32,000 nucleotides of DNA from Mycobacterium tuberculosis H37Rv (GTDB lineage: Bacteria; Actinomycetota; Actinomycetes; Mycobacteriales; Mycobacteriaceae): the NCBI RefSeq assembly GCF_000195955.2, contig NC_000962.3, positions 1,620,001 through 1,652,000 of the forward strand, in the 5' to 3' direction. The translations under genes were made by a program, and so were the position numbers. Shown piece by piece: positions 10,335 to 18,392 of this stretch (its first letter is position 1; each line of letters begins with the position of its first letter). The notes under the pieces are model-generated. The model was not told the DNA's origin, did no database searches, and was given only the letters and a program-made list of their open reading frames with translations.

Positions 10335-10556
10335 CGGTGCCGATATGCCGAAAAATCACCGTCATCGACCCTGCGGCTCTGCTGCTGGGGCTACGTCGAA
10401 CACCGTACGTCGCAGAAGTGTGGTGCGGGTCGGGCGGCCGGCTTAATCGCGGTGATAATCGGTTGGTCGGCGATCACCGGCATCATCGGTTGGCCGGCGC
10501 TGGTGATGCTGTTCGCCGGGCCTCGCGTCGGCGAGCCGGGCAAGCCGGTGCGCCTG
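10335..10556 (+). pseudogene. Decayed ctaB relic: leader plus two internal coding blocks, with an 84-codon in-frame deletion between them
   Basis: Three colinear blocks align by eye to the intact ctaB locus. Block 1 is 10335-10385 vs 14907-14958 (upstream leader). Block 2 is 10407-10515 vs 15473-15578 (codons ~149-184). Block 3 is 10515-10556 vs 15830-15871 (codons ~268-281). The translation [35 protein letters not shown] matches Cta[21 protein letters not shown]...[14 protein letters not shown]. The catalytic N-terminal half is missing. Confidence 0.7.
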
Positions 10557-10637
10557 CCGATCCCATGGCGGGATGTTGGTGGGTACCGCCCGACCGGAAG
10601 AAGCATCGCGGCATGCCGGCGTGGCGAGCCTCGGGGT

Positions 10638-13600
10638 CTACACGAATTCGCCGCCGCCGAGCCCGCCGAAGCCACCGCCGCCACCGGCGCCGCCGGCGGT
10701 ACCTGTGGCGATGGACCCCGGGCTACCGAGGCCGCCGAGACCGCCGAGACCAAGGAGGATGCTGAAGCCGCCGCCACCGCCCTGCCCCCCGTGGCCACCG
10801 GTCCCACCGGTGCCTGTTCCAAAGGGCCCCGCGTCGCCGGTGCCGCCGGTGCCCCCGGAGCCACCCATCCCGCCCCGGCCACCGACGCCGGCAAAACCAT
10901 TGCCGCCAAAGCCGCCCGCACCTCCGTTGCCACCCATCCCAGGCTGAGAGCCGTTGTGGCCGGTGCCGCCGGTGCCGCCAGCGCCGCCGGTGCCGCCGGT
11001 GTTACCGTTGCCGCCGTTGCCGCCAGTGCCGCCTCTGCCGCCGGTGAGGCCGCCGTTGGCACCCTGGCCGCCGGTGCCGCCGGTGCCGCCGGTGCCGCCG
11101 GTGCCCCAGTCGCCGGGGGTGCCACCTGGGCCGCTGGAACCGCCAAGTCCTGCATCGCCTCCGCGTCCTGCATCGCCTCCGCGGCCCCCGCCGCCGCCGT
11201 CACCAGGTGAGGTGACAAGGTCGCCACTGGCGCCGTTGCCACCGTTGCCGCCGTTGCCGGGTGTCCCGCCGGTCCCACCGTTGCCGCCGGCTCCGGTGAG
11301 GCCTTGGCCGCCGTTGCCGCCTCTGCCGCCGTTGCCGCCTCTGCCGCCGTCACCGCCATCGCCCTCGTTGGTGCCGAGGACGCCCTTGGCGCCGGTGCTG
11401 CCGGCGCCGCCAGTCCCGCCGATGCCACCGTTGCCGCCGTTGGCGCCGGTGCCGCCGTTACCGCCGTTACCCCCGTGGCCGCCGGGGCCGCCGTTTCCGC
11501 CGCTGGCAGCGCCGTGGCCGCCGTGACCGCCGTTGCCGCCGTCGTGCAGGATGCTGCCGGCCGGCCCCGCCTTGCCTGCGGTGGAGCCGGTGCCGCCGGG
11601 GCCGCCGGCACCGGCGTTGCCGGCGTTGCCGCCGTCGCCGCCTCGCCCGCCGCCGCCGCCGGCGAAGGCCCCTGCTCCCTGGCCGTTGCCGCCGTTGGCC
11701 CCGTCACCGGGAGCACCGCCGTCGCCGCCGGCCCCACCGGCACCGCCCGCGCCGTCGCTGACTACGCCTTGACCGCCGTTGCCGCCGGCCCCGCCGTTGC
11801 CGCCGGCGCCGCCGTGCCCGCCGGCACCGCCGGGTTGTCCGGGCGCACCCACGGCCACGCCGTTGGCACCGGCGGCGCCGTTGCCGCCGAATCCGCCGAG
11901 GCCGCCGTTGCCGCCGGCGCCACCGTTACCGCCGTTCAGGCCGGCCCCGCCGGCCCCGCCGGCGCCACCGTTGCCGCCGGGGTTACCGTTTGGCCCGTTT
12001 TCACCAGGGTTGGTGGCGTTGGCACTCATGCCACCAAACGCGCCGTCGCCGCCGCGGCCGCCGTTGCCGCCCGTGCCGGCGCTGCCGCCGTTGCCGCCAT
12101 TGCCGCCGTCGCCGCCGTTGCCGCCGACCACTTGGGAGTTGCCGCCGTTGCCGCCGTCGCCGCCGTCGCCGCCGCTGGTTGGAGTGAAGCCGTGGGCGCC
12201 CTTGGCGCCTGGGGTAGAGCCGGCGCCACCGCTACCGCCCTGCCCGCCGGCGCCGGGGTTACCGCCGTTACCGCCGTGACCGCCGTTACCATCGCCGAAG
12301 GCGAAGTTGCCGTTGGCGCCGTTGCCGCCGTCACCGGCGAGCCCGCCGGCCCCCCCTTTGCCGCCGGACCCGCCGACACCCTGGATTCCGTTCTGGCCAA
12401 AGAGGTTCCCCGCCAAACCGCCGGGCCCGCCTTGGCCGCCGTTACCGCCTTGCGCGCCGGGCCCGCCGTGGCCGCCGTCGCCGCCCTTGGCGCCCGGCGT
12501 GGTGGCGTTGGCGCCGTTGGCGCCGTTGCCGCCGGCCCCACCGGTCCCGCCGTCGCCCCCGAAGTCTCCGCCCCGGCCGCCGGCCCCGCCCGCCCCGCCA
12601 GCCCCGCCGTTCTGGCCGCTCGTGCCGGATTCGCCCGCGGTGGTGGGCGAGGAACCGGCGACACCGGCCATGCCGTCCCCGCCTTTGCCGCCGGCCCCGC
12701 CATTACCAACAAGCCCGCCGTTGCCGCCCTTGCCGCCGGCCCCGCCGGCCCCGCCGGCGACGGTGGCGTTCGCGCCGTTGCCGCCGGTGCCGCCGTTGCC
12801 GCCGCTGGTCGGGGTGGCGCCGCGGGCACCGTCTGCACCCGCGGTGGATCCGGCGCCGCCGATCCCACCAGCACCACCGATGCCGCGGCTACCGCCGTTG
12901 CCGCCGTTGCCACCAACTCCATCGCCGCCGTTATCGAACGTGCCCTTGGCACCGTTGCCGCCATCACCGCCCATGCCGCCGGCGCCGCCGTTTCCGCCGG
13001 CCCCGCCGGCACCCATGCTGCCGTCCTGGTGGGTGGCTGCAAGCGCCTTACCGCCTTGCCCACCGGCTCCACCGCCACCGCCGGCTCCACCGTTGCCGCC
13101 CTTGCCGCCGTCGGTGCCATCCGCGCCTGCCCCCAGGCCGTTAAGGCCGGTGGCGCCGGTGGCGCCGTTGCCGCCGTTGCCGCCCTTACCGCCGGCGCCG
13201 CCAGCACCGCCGTCGCCTGCTTGGGCTCCGCCGTCGCCGCCCTTACCGCCAGCGCCGCCAGCTCCGCCGCCACCGCCGTTAGGGTCGCCGCCAGAAGGCG
13301 GGGCACCGGGGGCGCCGTTGCCGCCGGCACCTCCGGCGCCGCCATTGCCGACCAGCCCGCCGGCCCCGCCGGCCCCGCCGTTACCGCCGGCTTTGCCGCC
13401 CGATGAGAAGTGGGCGCCGTTGCCGCCGGCCCCGCCGTTGCCGCCGCTGGTGGGGCTGGCCCCGGCCGCGCCGTGGGCACCGATCGTGGAGCCGGCTCCG
13501 CCGGTGCCTCCGGCCCCGCCGGCGCCGGGGTCACCGCCGTTATCCCCAGCGACAATCAAGGCACGAGAAAATCCGGCCCCGCCGGCCCCGCCGGTCCCGC

Positions 13601-14627
13601 CAACCCCACCGGCCCCGCCGGCCCCACCGGCGCCGGCCAGCCAGCCGCCCCGCCCTCCGGTGCCGCCATCGCCGGCGTCGCCGCCGACCCCACCGGACGT
13701 ACCGTGCGGGGACAAGTCCTCACCGGCTGCGCCGGCCACACCCTCCGCGCCGTGTCCGCCGGCACCACCGTGCCCGCCCACGCCCAACAGCCCGGCCGCA
13801 CCCCCGACACCGCCGTGTCCACCCACACCACCGATCGGGCCGGGCCCGCCGGCACCTCCGTGCCCGCCGGCCCCGTAGAGGGTCCCGCCCAGGCCACCGG
13901 CACCACCGGTACCGCCGACCCCGCCGGGCCCGCCGGGCCCGCCGGGCCCGCCGGTTCCGCCGACCCCGAACAGTCCGGCGTTGCCGCCGGCCCCGCCGGT
14001 TGCCCCGCCCAGCAGGCTCTGCCCGCCGGCCCCGCCGACTCCACCATTGCCCAGCAGCCAGCCGCCGCTACCCCCGGCCCCACCGGCGGCGCCGGCCCCA
14101 CCGGCCCCACCGGCCCCGCCGGTGCCGAACAACCCGGCGGCCCCGCCGGCCCCGCCGACTTGGCCGGGCGCGCCCGAGCCGCCGGCCCCACCGTTGCCCC
14201 ACAAGATCCCGCCGGCCCCGCCGGCCTGCCCGGTGCCGGGTGCTCCAGCCGCCCCATCACCGATCAACGGGCGACCCAGCAACGCCTGGGTGGGCGCATT
14301 GAGGGCATTGAGCACGTTGTGCTCCAGCGTCGCCAACGGTGCGGCGTTGGTCGCCTCCGCGCTGACATACGAGCCGACCGCGGCGCTTAACGTCTGCGCA
14401 AATCGGTCATGAAACGCCGCCACCTGCGTGCTGATCGCCTGATACTCCCGAGCATGGCTGCCAAACAGCGTCGCGATCGCCGCCGACACCTCATCGGCGC
14501 CCGCGGCCAGCACGCTGGTGGTCGACCCCGCCGCCGCCGCATTGGCCGCGCCGATCGATGACCCGATGCGCGCCACATCTAAGGCTGCGGCCGCCACCGT
14601 CTCCGGGGCCACGATCACCAACGACAT
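10638..14627 (-). CDS. PE_PGRS27: PE-PGRS family protein (PE domain, GRPLIGDG linker, ~1200-aa Gly-rich PGRS domain)
   Basis: The N-terminus is [66 protein letters not shown], which is a PE domain. It is followed by GGAGG/GGNGG repeats to TAG at 10638-10640. I preferred the ATG at 14625-14627 over the adjacent GTG (14630). GGGAGG lies 7-12 nt upstream. Confidence 0.9.
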   Translation of the reverse strand: MSLVIVAPETVAAAALDVARIGSSIGAANAAAAGSTTSVLAAGADEVSAAIATLFGSHAREYQAISTQVAAFHDRFAQTLSAAVGSYVSAEATNAAPLATLEHNVLNALNAPTQALLGRPLIGDGAAGAPGTGQAGGAGGILWGNGGAGGSGAPGQVGGAGGAAGLFGTGGAGGAGGAGAAGGAGGSGGWLLGNGGVGGAGGQSLLGGATGGAGGNAGLFGVGGTGGPGGPGGPGGVGGTGGAGGLGGTLYGAGGHGGAGGPGPIGGVGGHGGVGGAAGLLGVGGHGGAGGHGAEGVAGAAGEDLSPHGTSGGVGGDAGDGGTGGRGGWLAGAGGAGGAGGVGGTGGAGGAGFSRALIVAGDNGGDPGAGGAGGTGGAGSTIGAHGAAGASPTSGGNGGAGGNGAHFSSGGKAGGNGGAGGAGGLVGNGGAGGAGGNGAPGAPPSGGDPNGGGGGAGGAGGKGGDGGAQAGDGGAGGAGGKGGNGGNGATGATGLNGLGAGADGTDGGKGGNGGAGGGGGAGGQGGKALAATHQDGSMGAGGAGGNGGAGGMGGDGGNGAKGTFDNGGDGVGGNGGNGGSRGIGGAGGIGGAGSTAGADGARGATPTSGGNGGTGGNGANATVAGGAGGAGGKGGNGGLVGNGGAGGKGGDGMAGVAGSSPTTAGESGTSGQNGGAGGAGGAGGRGGDFGGDGGTGGAGGNGANGANATTPGAKGGDGGHGGPGAQGGNGGQGGPGGLAGNLFGQNGIQGVGGSGGKGGAGGLAGDGGNGANGNFAFGDGNGGHGGNGGNPGAGGQGGSGGAGSTPGAKGAHGFTPTSGGDGGDGGNGGNSQVVGGNGGDGGNGGNGGSAGTGGNGGRGGDGAFGGMSANATNPGENGPNGNPGGNGGAGGAGGAGLNGGNGGAGGNGGLGGFGGNGAAGANGVAVGAPGQPGGAGGHGGAGGNGGAGGNGGQGVVSDGAGGAGGAGGDGGAPGDGANGGNGQGAGAFAGGGGGRGGDGGNAGNAGAGGPGGTGSTAGKAGPAGSILHDGGNGGHGGHGAASGGNGGPGGHGGNGGNGGTGANGGNGGIGGTGGAGSTGAKGVLGTNEGDGGDGGRGGNGGRGGNGGQGLTGAGGNGGTGGTPGNGGNGGNGASGDLVTSPGDGGGGGRGGDAGRGGDAGLGGSSGPGGTPGDWGTGGTGGTGGTGGQGANGGLTGGRGGTGGNGGNGNTGGTGGAGGTGGTGHNGSQPGMGGNGGAGGFGGNGFAGVGGRGGMGGSGGTGGTGDAGPFGTGTGGTGGHGGQGGGGGFSILLGLGGLGGLGSPGSIATGTAGGAGGGGGFGGLGGGEFV

Positions 14628-14790
14628 CACAGACCTCCCGCCACGCCCCTGCCCCTTCGGCAGGTCACACTCCTGCCAGATAAGGGTCGCGCCGCCACCT
14701 TGTCCGATTCCAGGTCAAAATCCCCATAACCAGCACGAATCTGCTGTGCACAGTGCACATTCGCCCTACTATCGGCTCGTGGCATTGCGG
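13531..14790. repeat. Copy 1 of a 1260-bp near-identical dispersed repeat (PE_PGRS 5' third, PE domain and 163 bp of upstream region)
   Basis: It aligns base for base with 17133-18392 at a constant offset of 3602. Alternative-frame ORFs 13556-14260(-) vs 17158-17862(-) and 13981-14412(+) vs 17583-18014(+) translate identically. Confidence 0.95.
14745..14759. promoter_or_regulatory. 15-bp perfect palindrome TGTGCACAGTGCACA in the PE_PGRS27 upstream region (candidate operator)
   Basis: TGTGCAC-A-GTGCACA is self-complementary around the central A. It lies 118-132 nt upstream of the PE_PGRS27 ATG. An identical copy is at 18347-18361. Confidence 0.4.
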
Positions 14791-14853
14791 CTAGCAACGG
14801 TTGGTCTTCGGGCCCAATCCTTAGGGCGTCACACTGATCAATCCCAGATAGCG

Positions 14854-14878
14854 ATTTTCATCGGGCTGGTGTGAAAAT
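14854..14878. promoter_or_regulatory. Inverted repeat ATTTTCA-N11-TGAAAAT upstream of ctaB; its right half TGTGAAAAT is identical to the sufR-box right half
   Basis: The 7-bp arms at 14854-14860 and 14872-14878 are perfectly complementary. The element sits about 150 nt upstream of the ctaB GTG, in the unique segment between the duplicated blocks. The 9-mer TGTGAAAAT (14870-14878) recurs at 26257-26265. Confidence 0.3.
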
Positions 14879-15028
14879 TGTCCTGACCGCGGTTCGGGCT
14901 GGCGAGCGGTGCCGATATGCCGGCGAAGTCGTGTGAATCGACCCTGCGGCTCTGCTGCCACAGTTACCCGGTCTACCATCGTGCGTAGTAGAAGCTGCGC
15001 GCGGCTGCGATTCCCGAGGAGTTAGTGC

Positions 15029-15955
15029 GTGAACGTTCGCGGGCGCGTCGCGCCGCGCCGAGTGACTGGTAGGGCAATGAGCACCCTGCTGGCCTACCTG
15101 GCGTTAACCAAGCCGCGAGTCATCGAGCTGCTGTTGGTCACCGCGATACCGGCGATGCTGCTGGCCGACCGCGGCGCCATTCATCCGCTGCTCATGCTCA
15201 ACACGCTCGTCGGCGGGATGATGGCCGCCGCCGGCGCCAACACGCTCAACTGCGTCGCCGACGCCGATATCGACAAGGTGATGAAGCGAACCGCGCGCCG
15301 GCCCTTGGCGCGGGAAGCGGTGCCGACCCGAAACGCGTTGGCACTCGGGTTGACGTTGACGGTGATCTCGTTCTTCTGGCTATGGTGCGCCACGAACCTG
15401 CTGGCGGGGGTGCTGGCCCTGGTCACCGTCGCGTTTTATGTGTTCGTCTACACGCTTTGGCTCAAGCGACGCACGTCACAGAACGTGGTGTGGGGTGGGG
15501 CGGCCGGCTGTATGCCGGTGATGATCGGCTGGTCGGCCATCACCGGCACCATAGCCTGGCCGGCGCTGGCGATGTTCGCGATCATCTTCTTCTGGACGCC
15601 GCCACACACCTGGGCATTGGCGATGCGCTACAAGCAGGACTACCAAGTGGCCGGGGTGCCGATGCTGCCGGCGGTGGCGACCGAGCGTCAGGTCACCAAG
15701 CAGATCTTGATCTACACCTGGCTGACCGTGGCCGCGACGCTGGTGCTGGCGTTGGCGACCAGTTGGCTTTACGGCGCGGTGGCCCTGGTGGCCGGTGGGT
15801 GGTTCCTGACGATGGCCCACCAGTTGTATGCCGGGGTGCGCGCCGGCGAGCCGGTCAGGCCGCTGCGGCTGTTTCTGCAGTCGAACAACTATCTGGCGGT
15901 GGTGTTCTGCGCACTGGCCGTCGACTCGGTGATCGCGCTGCCCACGCTGCACTGA
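15029..15955 (+). CDS. ctaB: Protoheme IX farnesyltransferase (heme O synthase)
   Basis: 308-aa polytopic membrane ORF with the UbiA-family motif [23 protein letters not shown] start at 15029, TGA at 15953-15955. Confidence 0.92.
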
Positions 15956-16003
15956 TTGGGGGCCCAGTTCCGCTGCGGTGCCGGCCCTGCTCGGCCAACG
16001 TAG

Positions 16004-18229
16004 TCAGATGGTTGGATCGCCACCGGCGCCACCGGCGCCGCCCGCGCCACCAGCACCGCCGCTGCCATCTGGGTCCGTCGAGTCGCCGAGGACGCCGGCG
16101 CCGCCATTGTCGCCAAATACCGTGAGACCTAGCAGGGTGCCGGCGCCGCCCTTGCCGCCGGCCCCGCCGTTTCCGCCGCCGCCATCGCCGATGATGTTTT
16201 CCCCGCCCTTGCCGCCAGCCCCAGCGTTCCCGCCGGCTCCGCCACTGGCGCCGGTGCCGCCGGGTGCAACGGCGTTGGCGCCGTTACCGCCGTTGCCGCC
16301 TTTGCCCCCGGTGTCTGCAAAGTCGGGGGTCGCACCCTGCGCGGCGCGGGTCACGCCGTCACCGCTGAGCCCCCCGAGCCCGCCAGCGCCGCTGAAGCCA
16401 GGATTGCCGCCGTTGCCGCCATGGCCGCCGTTGGCACCGGGTGCGACGGCGTTGCCGCCGGTCCCGCCGACCCCACCGTTGCCGCCTTTACCACCGTCCT
16501 GGCCACGCTCGCCCGCGGTGGTGGCATTGGCACCCTCGGCACCACTACCACCGAGCCCGCCGTCTGCGCCGCGGCCGCCAGTCCCACCGGCCCCGCCATT
16601 GCCGGCGAGAGTTCCGCCGTCGCCGCCGGCGCCGCCCTGGCCGCCGTTGCCGCCGCTATTGCCTTTGCCACCGACTGCGCCCGAATCGCTCGCGTTCGTC
16701 CCTGCGGCGCCGTTGGCGCCGTTGCCGCCGGCGCCGCCGTTGCCGACCAGCCCGCCATGGCCGCCGGGTCCGCCGTTGGCGCCGTTGGTGCCCGCGGTGG
16801 TGGCGTTGGCGCCGTTGCCGCCGGCCCCGCCGTTGCCGCCGCTGGTGGGGGTGGCGCCGATGGCGCCCTGAGCGCCGGTGATGGAGCCGGCTCCGCCGGT
16901 GCCTCCGGCCCCGCCGGCGCCGGGGTCACCGCCATGGCCGCCGGCCCCGCCGGCACCTGCGTTGAAGGCCTGGTTGCCGGGGCCGCCGGCTCCGCGGTCA
17001 CCGCCGACGCCACCAGCGCCGCCGGTCCCGCCGGCCCCGCCGGCGCCTTGGCCGCCCAGCAGGCTGATCAGGCCGCCGGCCCCGCCGGGGCCGCCAGCCC
17101 CGCCAGCCCCGCCCATCCCGCCGTTACCACCATCACCGCCGTTATCCCCAGCGACAATCAAGGCACGAGAAAATCCGGCCCCGCCGGCCCCGCCGGTCCC
17201 GCCAACCCCACCGGCCCCGCCGGCCCCACCGGCGCCGGCCAGCCAGCCGCCCCGCCCTCCGGTGCCGCCATCGCCGGCGTCGCCGCCGACCCCACCGGAC
17301 GTACCGTGCGGGGACAAGTCCTCACCGGCTGCGCCGGCCACACCCTCCGCGCCGTGTCCGCCGGCACCACCGTGCCCGCCCACGCCCAACAGCCCGGCCG
17401 CACCCCCGACACCGCCGTGTCCACCCACACCACCGATCGGGCCGGGCCCGCCGGCACCTCCGTGCCCGCCGGCCCCGTAGAGGGTCCCGCCCAGGCCACC
17501 GGCACCACCGGTACCGCCGACCCCGCCGGGCCCGCCGGGCCCGCCGGGCCCGCCGGTTCCGCCGACCCCGAACAGTCCGGCGTTGCCGCCGGCCCCGCCG
17601 GTTGCCCCGCCCAGCAGGCTCTGCCCGCCGGCCCCGCCGACTCCACCATTGCCCAGCAGCCAGCCGCCGCTACCCCCGGCCCCACCGGCGGCGCCGGCCC
17701 CACCGGCCCCACCGGCCCCGCCGGTGCCGAACAACCCGGCGGCCCCGCCGGCCCCGCCGACTTGGCCGGGCGCGCCCGAGCCGCCGGCCCCACCGTTGCC
17801 CCACAAGATCCCGCCGGCCCCGCCGGCCTGCCCGGTGCCGGGTGCTCCAGCCGCCCCATCACCGATCAACGGGCGACCCAGCAACGCCTGGGTGGGCGCA
17901 TTGAGGGCATTGAGCACGTTGTGCTCCAGCGTCGCCAACGGTGCGGCGTTGGTCGCCTCCGCGCTGACATACGAGCCGACCGCGGCGCTTAACGTCTGCG
18001 CAAATCGGTCATGAAACGCTGCCACCTGCGTGCTGATCGCCTGATACTCCCGAGCATGGCTGCCAAACAGCGTCGCGATCGCCGCCGACACCTCATCGGC
18101 GCCCGCGGCCAGCACGCTGGTGGTTGACCCCGCCGCCGCGCTGTTGGCTACACCGATCGATGACCCGATGCGCGCCACATCCGAGGCCGCCGCGGCCACC
18201 GTCTCCGGGGTTACGATCACCAACGACAT
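16004..18229 (-). CDS. PE_PGRS28: PE-PGRS family protein
   Basis: The PE domain is [37 protein letters not shown]..., followed by the GRPLIGDG linker and a PGRS domain to TGA at 16004-16006. ATG at 18227-18229. The first ~365 residues are almost identical to PE_PGRS27. Confidence 0.9.
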   Translation of the reverse strand: MSLVIVTPETVAAAASDVARIGSSIGVANSAAAGSTTSVLAAGADEVSAAIATLFGSHAREYQAISTQVAAFHDRFAQTLSAAVGSYVSAEATNAAPLATLEHNVLNALNAPTQALLGRPLIGDGAAGAPGTGQAGGAGGILWGNGGAGGSGAPGQVGGAGGAAGLFGTGGAGGAGGAGAAGGAGGSGGWLLGNGGVGGAGGQSLLGGATGGAGGNAGLFGVGGTGGPGGPGGPGGVGGTGGAGGLGGTLYGAGGHGGAGGPGPIGGVGGHGGVGGAAGLLGVGGHGGAGGHGAEGVAGAAGEDLSPHGTSGGVGGDAGDGGTGGRGGWLAGAGGAGGAGGVGGTGGAGGAGFSRALIVAGDNGGDGGNGGMGGAGGAGGPGGAGGLISLLGGQGAGGAGGTGGAGGVGGDRGAGGPGNQAFNAGAGGAGGHGGDPGAGGAGGTGGAGSITGAQGAIGATPTSGGNGGAGGNGANATTAGTNGANGGPGGHGGLVGNGGAGGNGANGAAGTNASDSGAVGGKGNSGGNGGQGGAGGDGGTLAGNGGAGGTGGRGADGGLGGSGAEGANATTAGERGQDGGKGGNGGVGGTGGNAVAPGANGGHGGNGGNPGFSGAGGLGGLSGDGVTRAAQGATPDFADTGGKGGNGGNGANAVAPGGTGASGGAGGNAGAGGKGGENIIGDGGGGNGGAGGKGGAGTLLGLTVFGDNGGAGVLGDSTDPDGSGGAGGAGGAGGAGGDPTI

Positions 18230-18392
18230 CACAGTCCACCCGCCACGCCCCTGCCCCTTCGGCAGGTCACACTCCTGCCAGATAAGGGTCGCGCCGCCAC
18301 CTTGTCCGATTCCAGGTCAAAATCCCCATAACCAGCACGAATCTGCTGTGCACAGTGCACATTCGCCCTACTATCGGCTCGTGGCATTGCGG
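17133..18392. repeat. Copy 2 of the 1260-bp near-identical repeat
   Basis: See copy 1. The repeat ends 12 nt inside the conventional start of the downstream regulator gene (GTG 18381). Confidence 0.95.
18347..18361. promoter_or_regulatory. Second copy of the 15-bp perfect palindrome TGTGCACAGTGCACA, between the divergent PE_PGRS28 and regulator genes
   Basis: Identical to 14745-14759. It lies 118-132 nt upstream of the PE_PGRS28 ATG and 20-34 nt upstream of the GTG at 18381. Confidence 0.4.

Noticed and set aside
10391-14412. Many long ORFs in other frames and on the plus strand across PE_PGRS27 (for example 10391-11743 minus, 11304-13406 plus, 12307-13878 plus, 12026-13555 minus), with Pro/Ala-rich translations
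   Set aside because: They are frame shadows of the GGC/GCC-rich PGRS repeat. Stop codons are almost impossible in this composition. They have no start context and no recognisable domains, whereas the minus-strand frame carries a bona fide PE domain and linker.
14518-14874. 118-aa plus-strand ORF upstream of ctaB, and the matching N-terminal extension of the regulator ORF from 18120
   Set aside because: Both begin antisense to the PE domain of a PE_PGRS gene and run through its promoter. They exist twice only because of the 1260-bp repeat.
16351-18014. Equivalent shadow ORFs across PE_PGRS28 (16421-17992 plus, 16351-17013 minus, 17158-17862 minus and others)
   Set aside because: Same reason as above. 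Their identity to the PE_PGRS27 shadow ORFs only reflects the DNA repeat.
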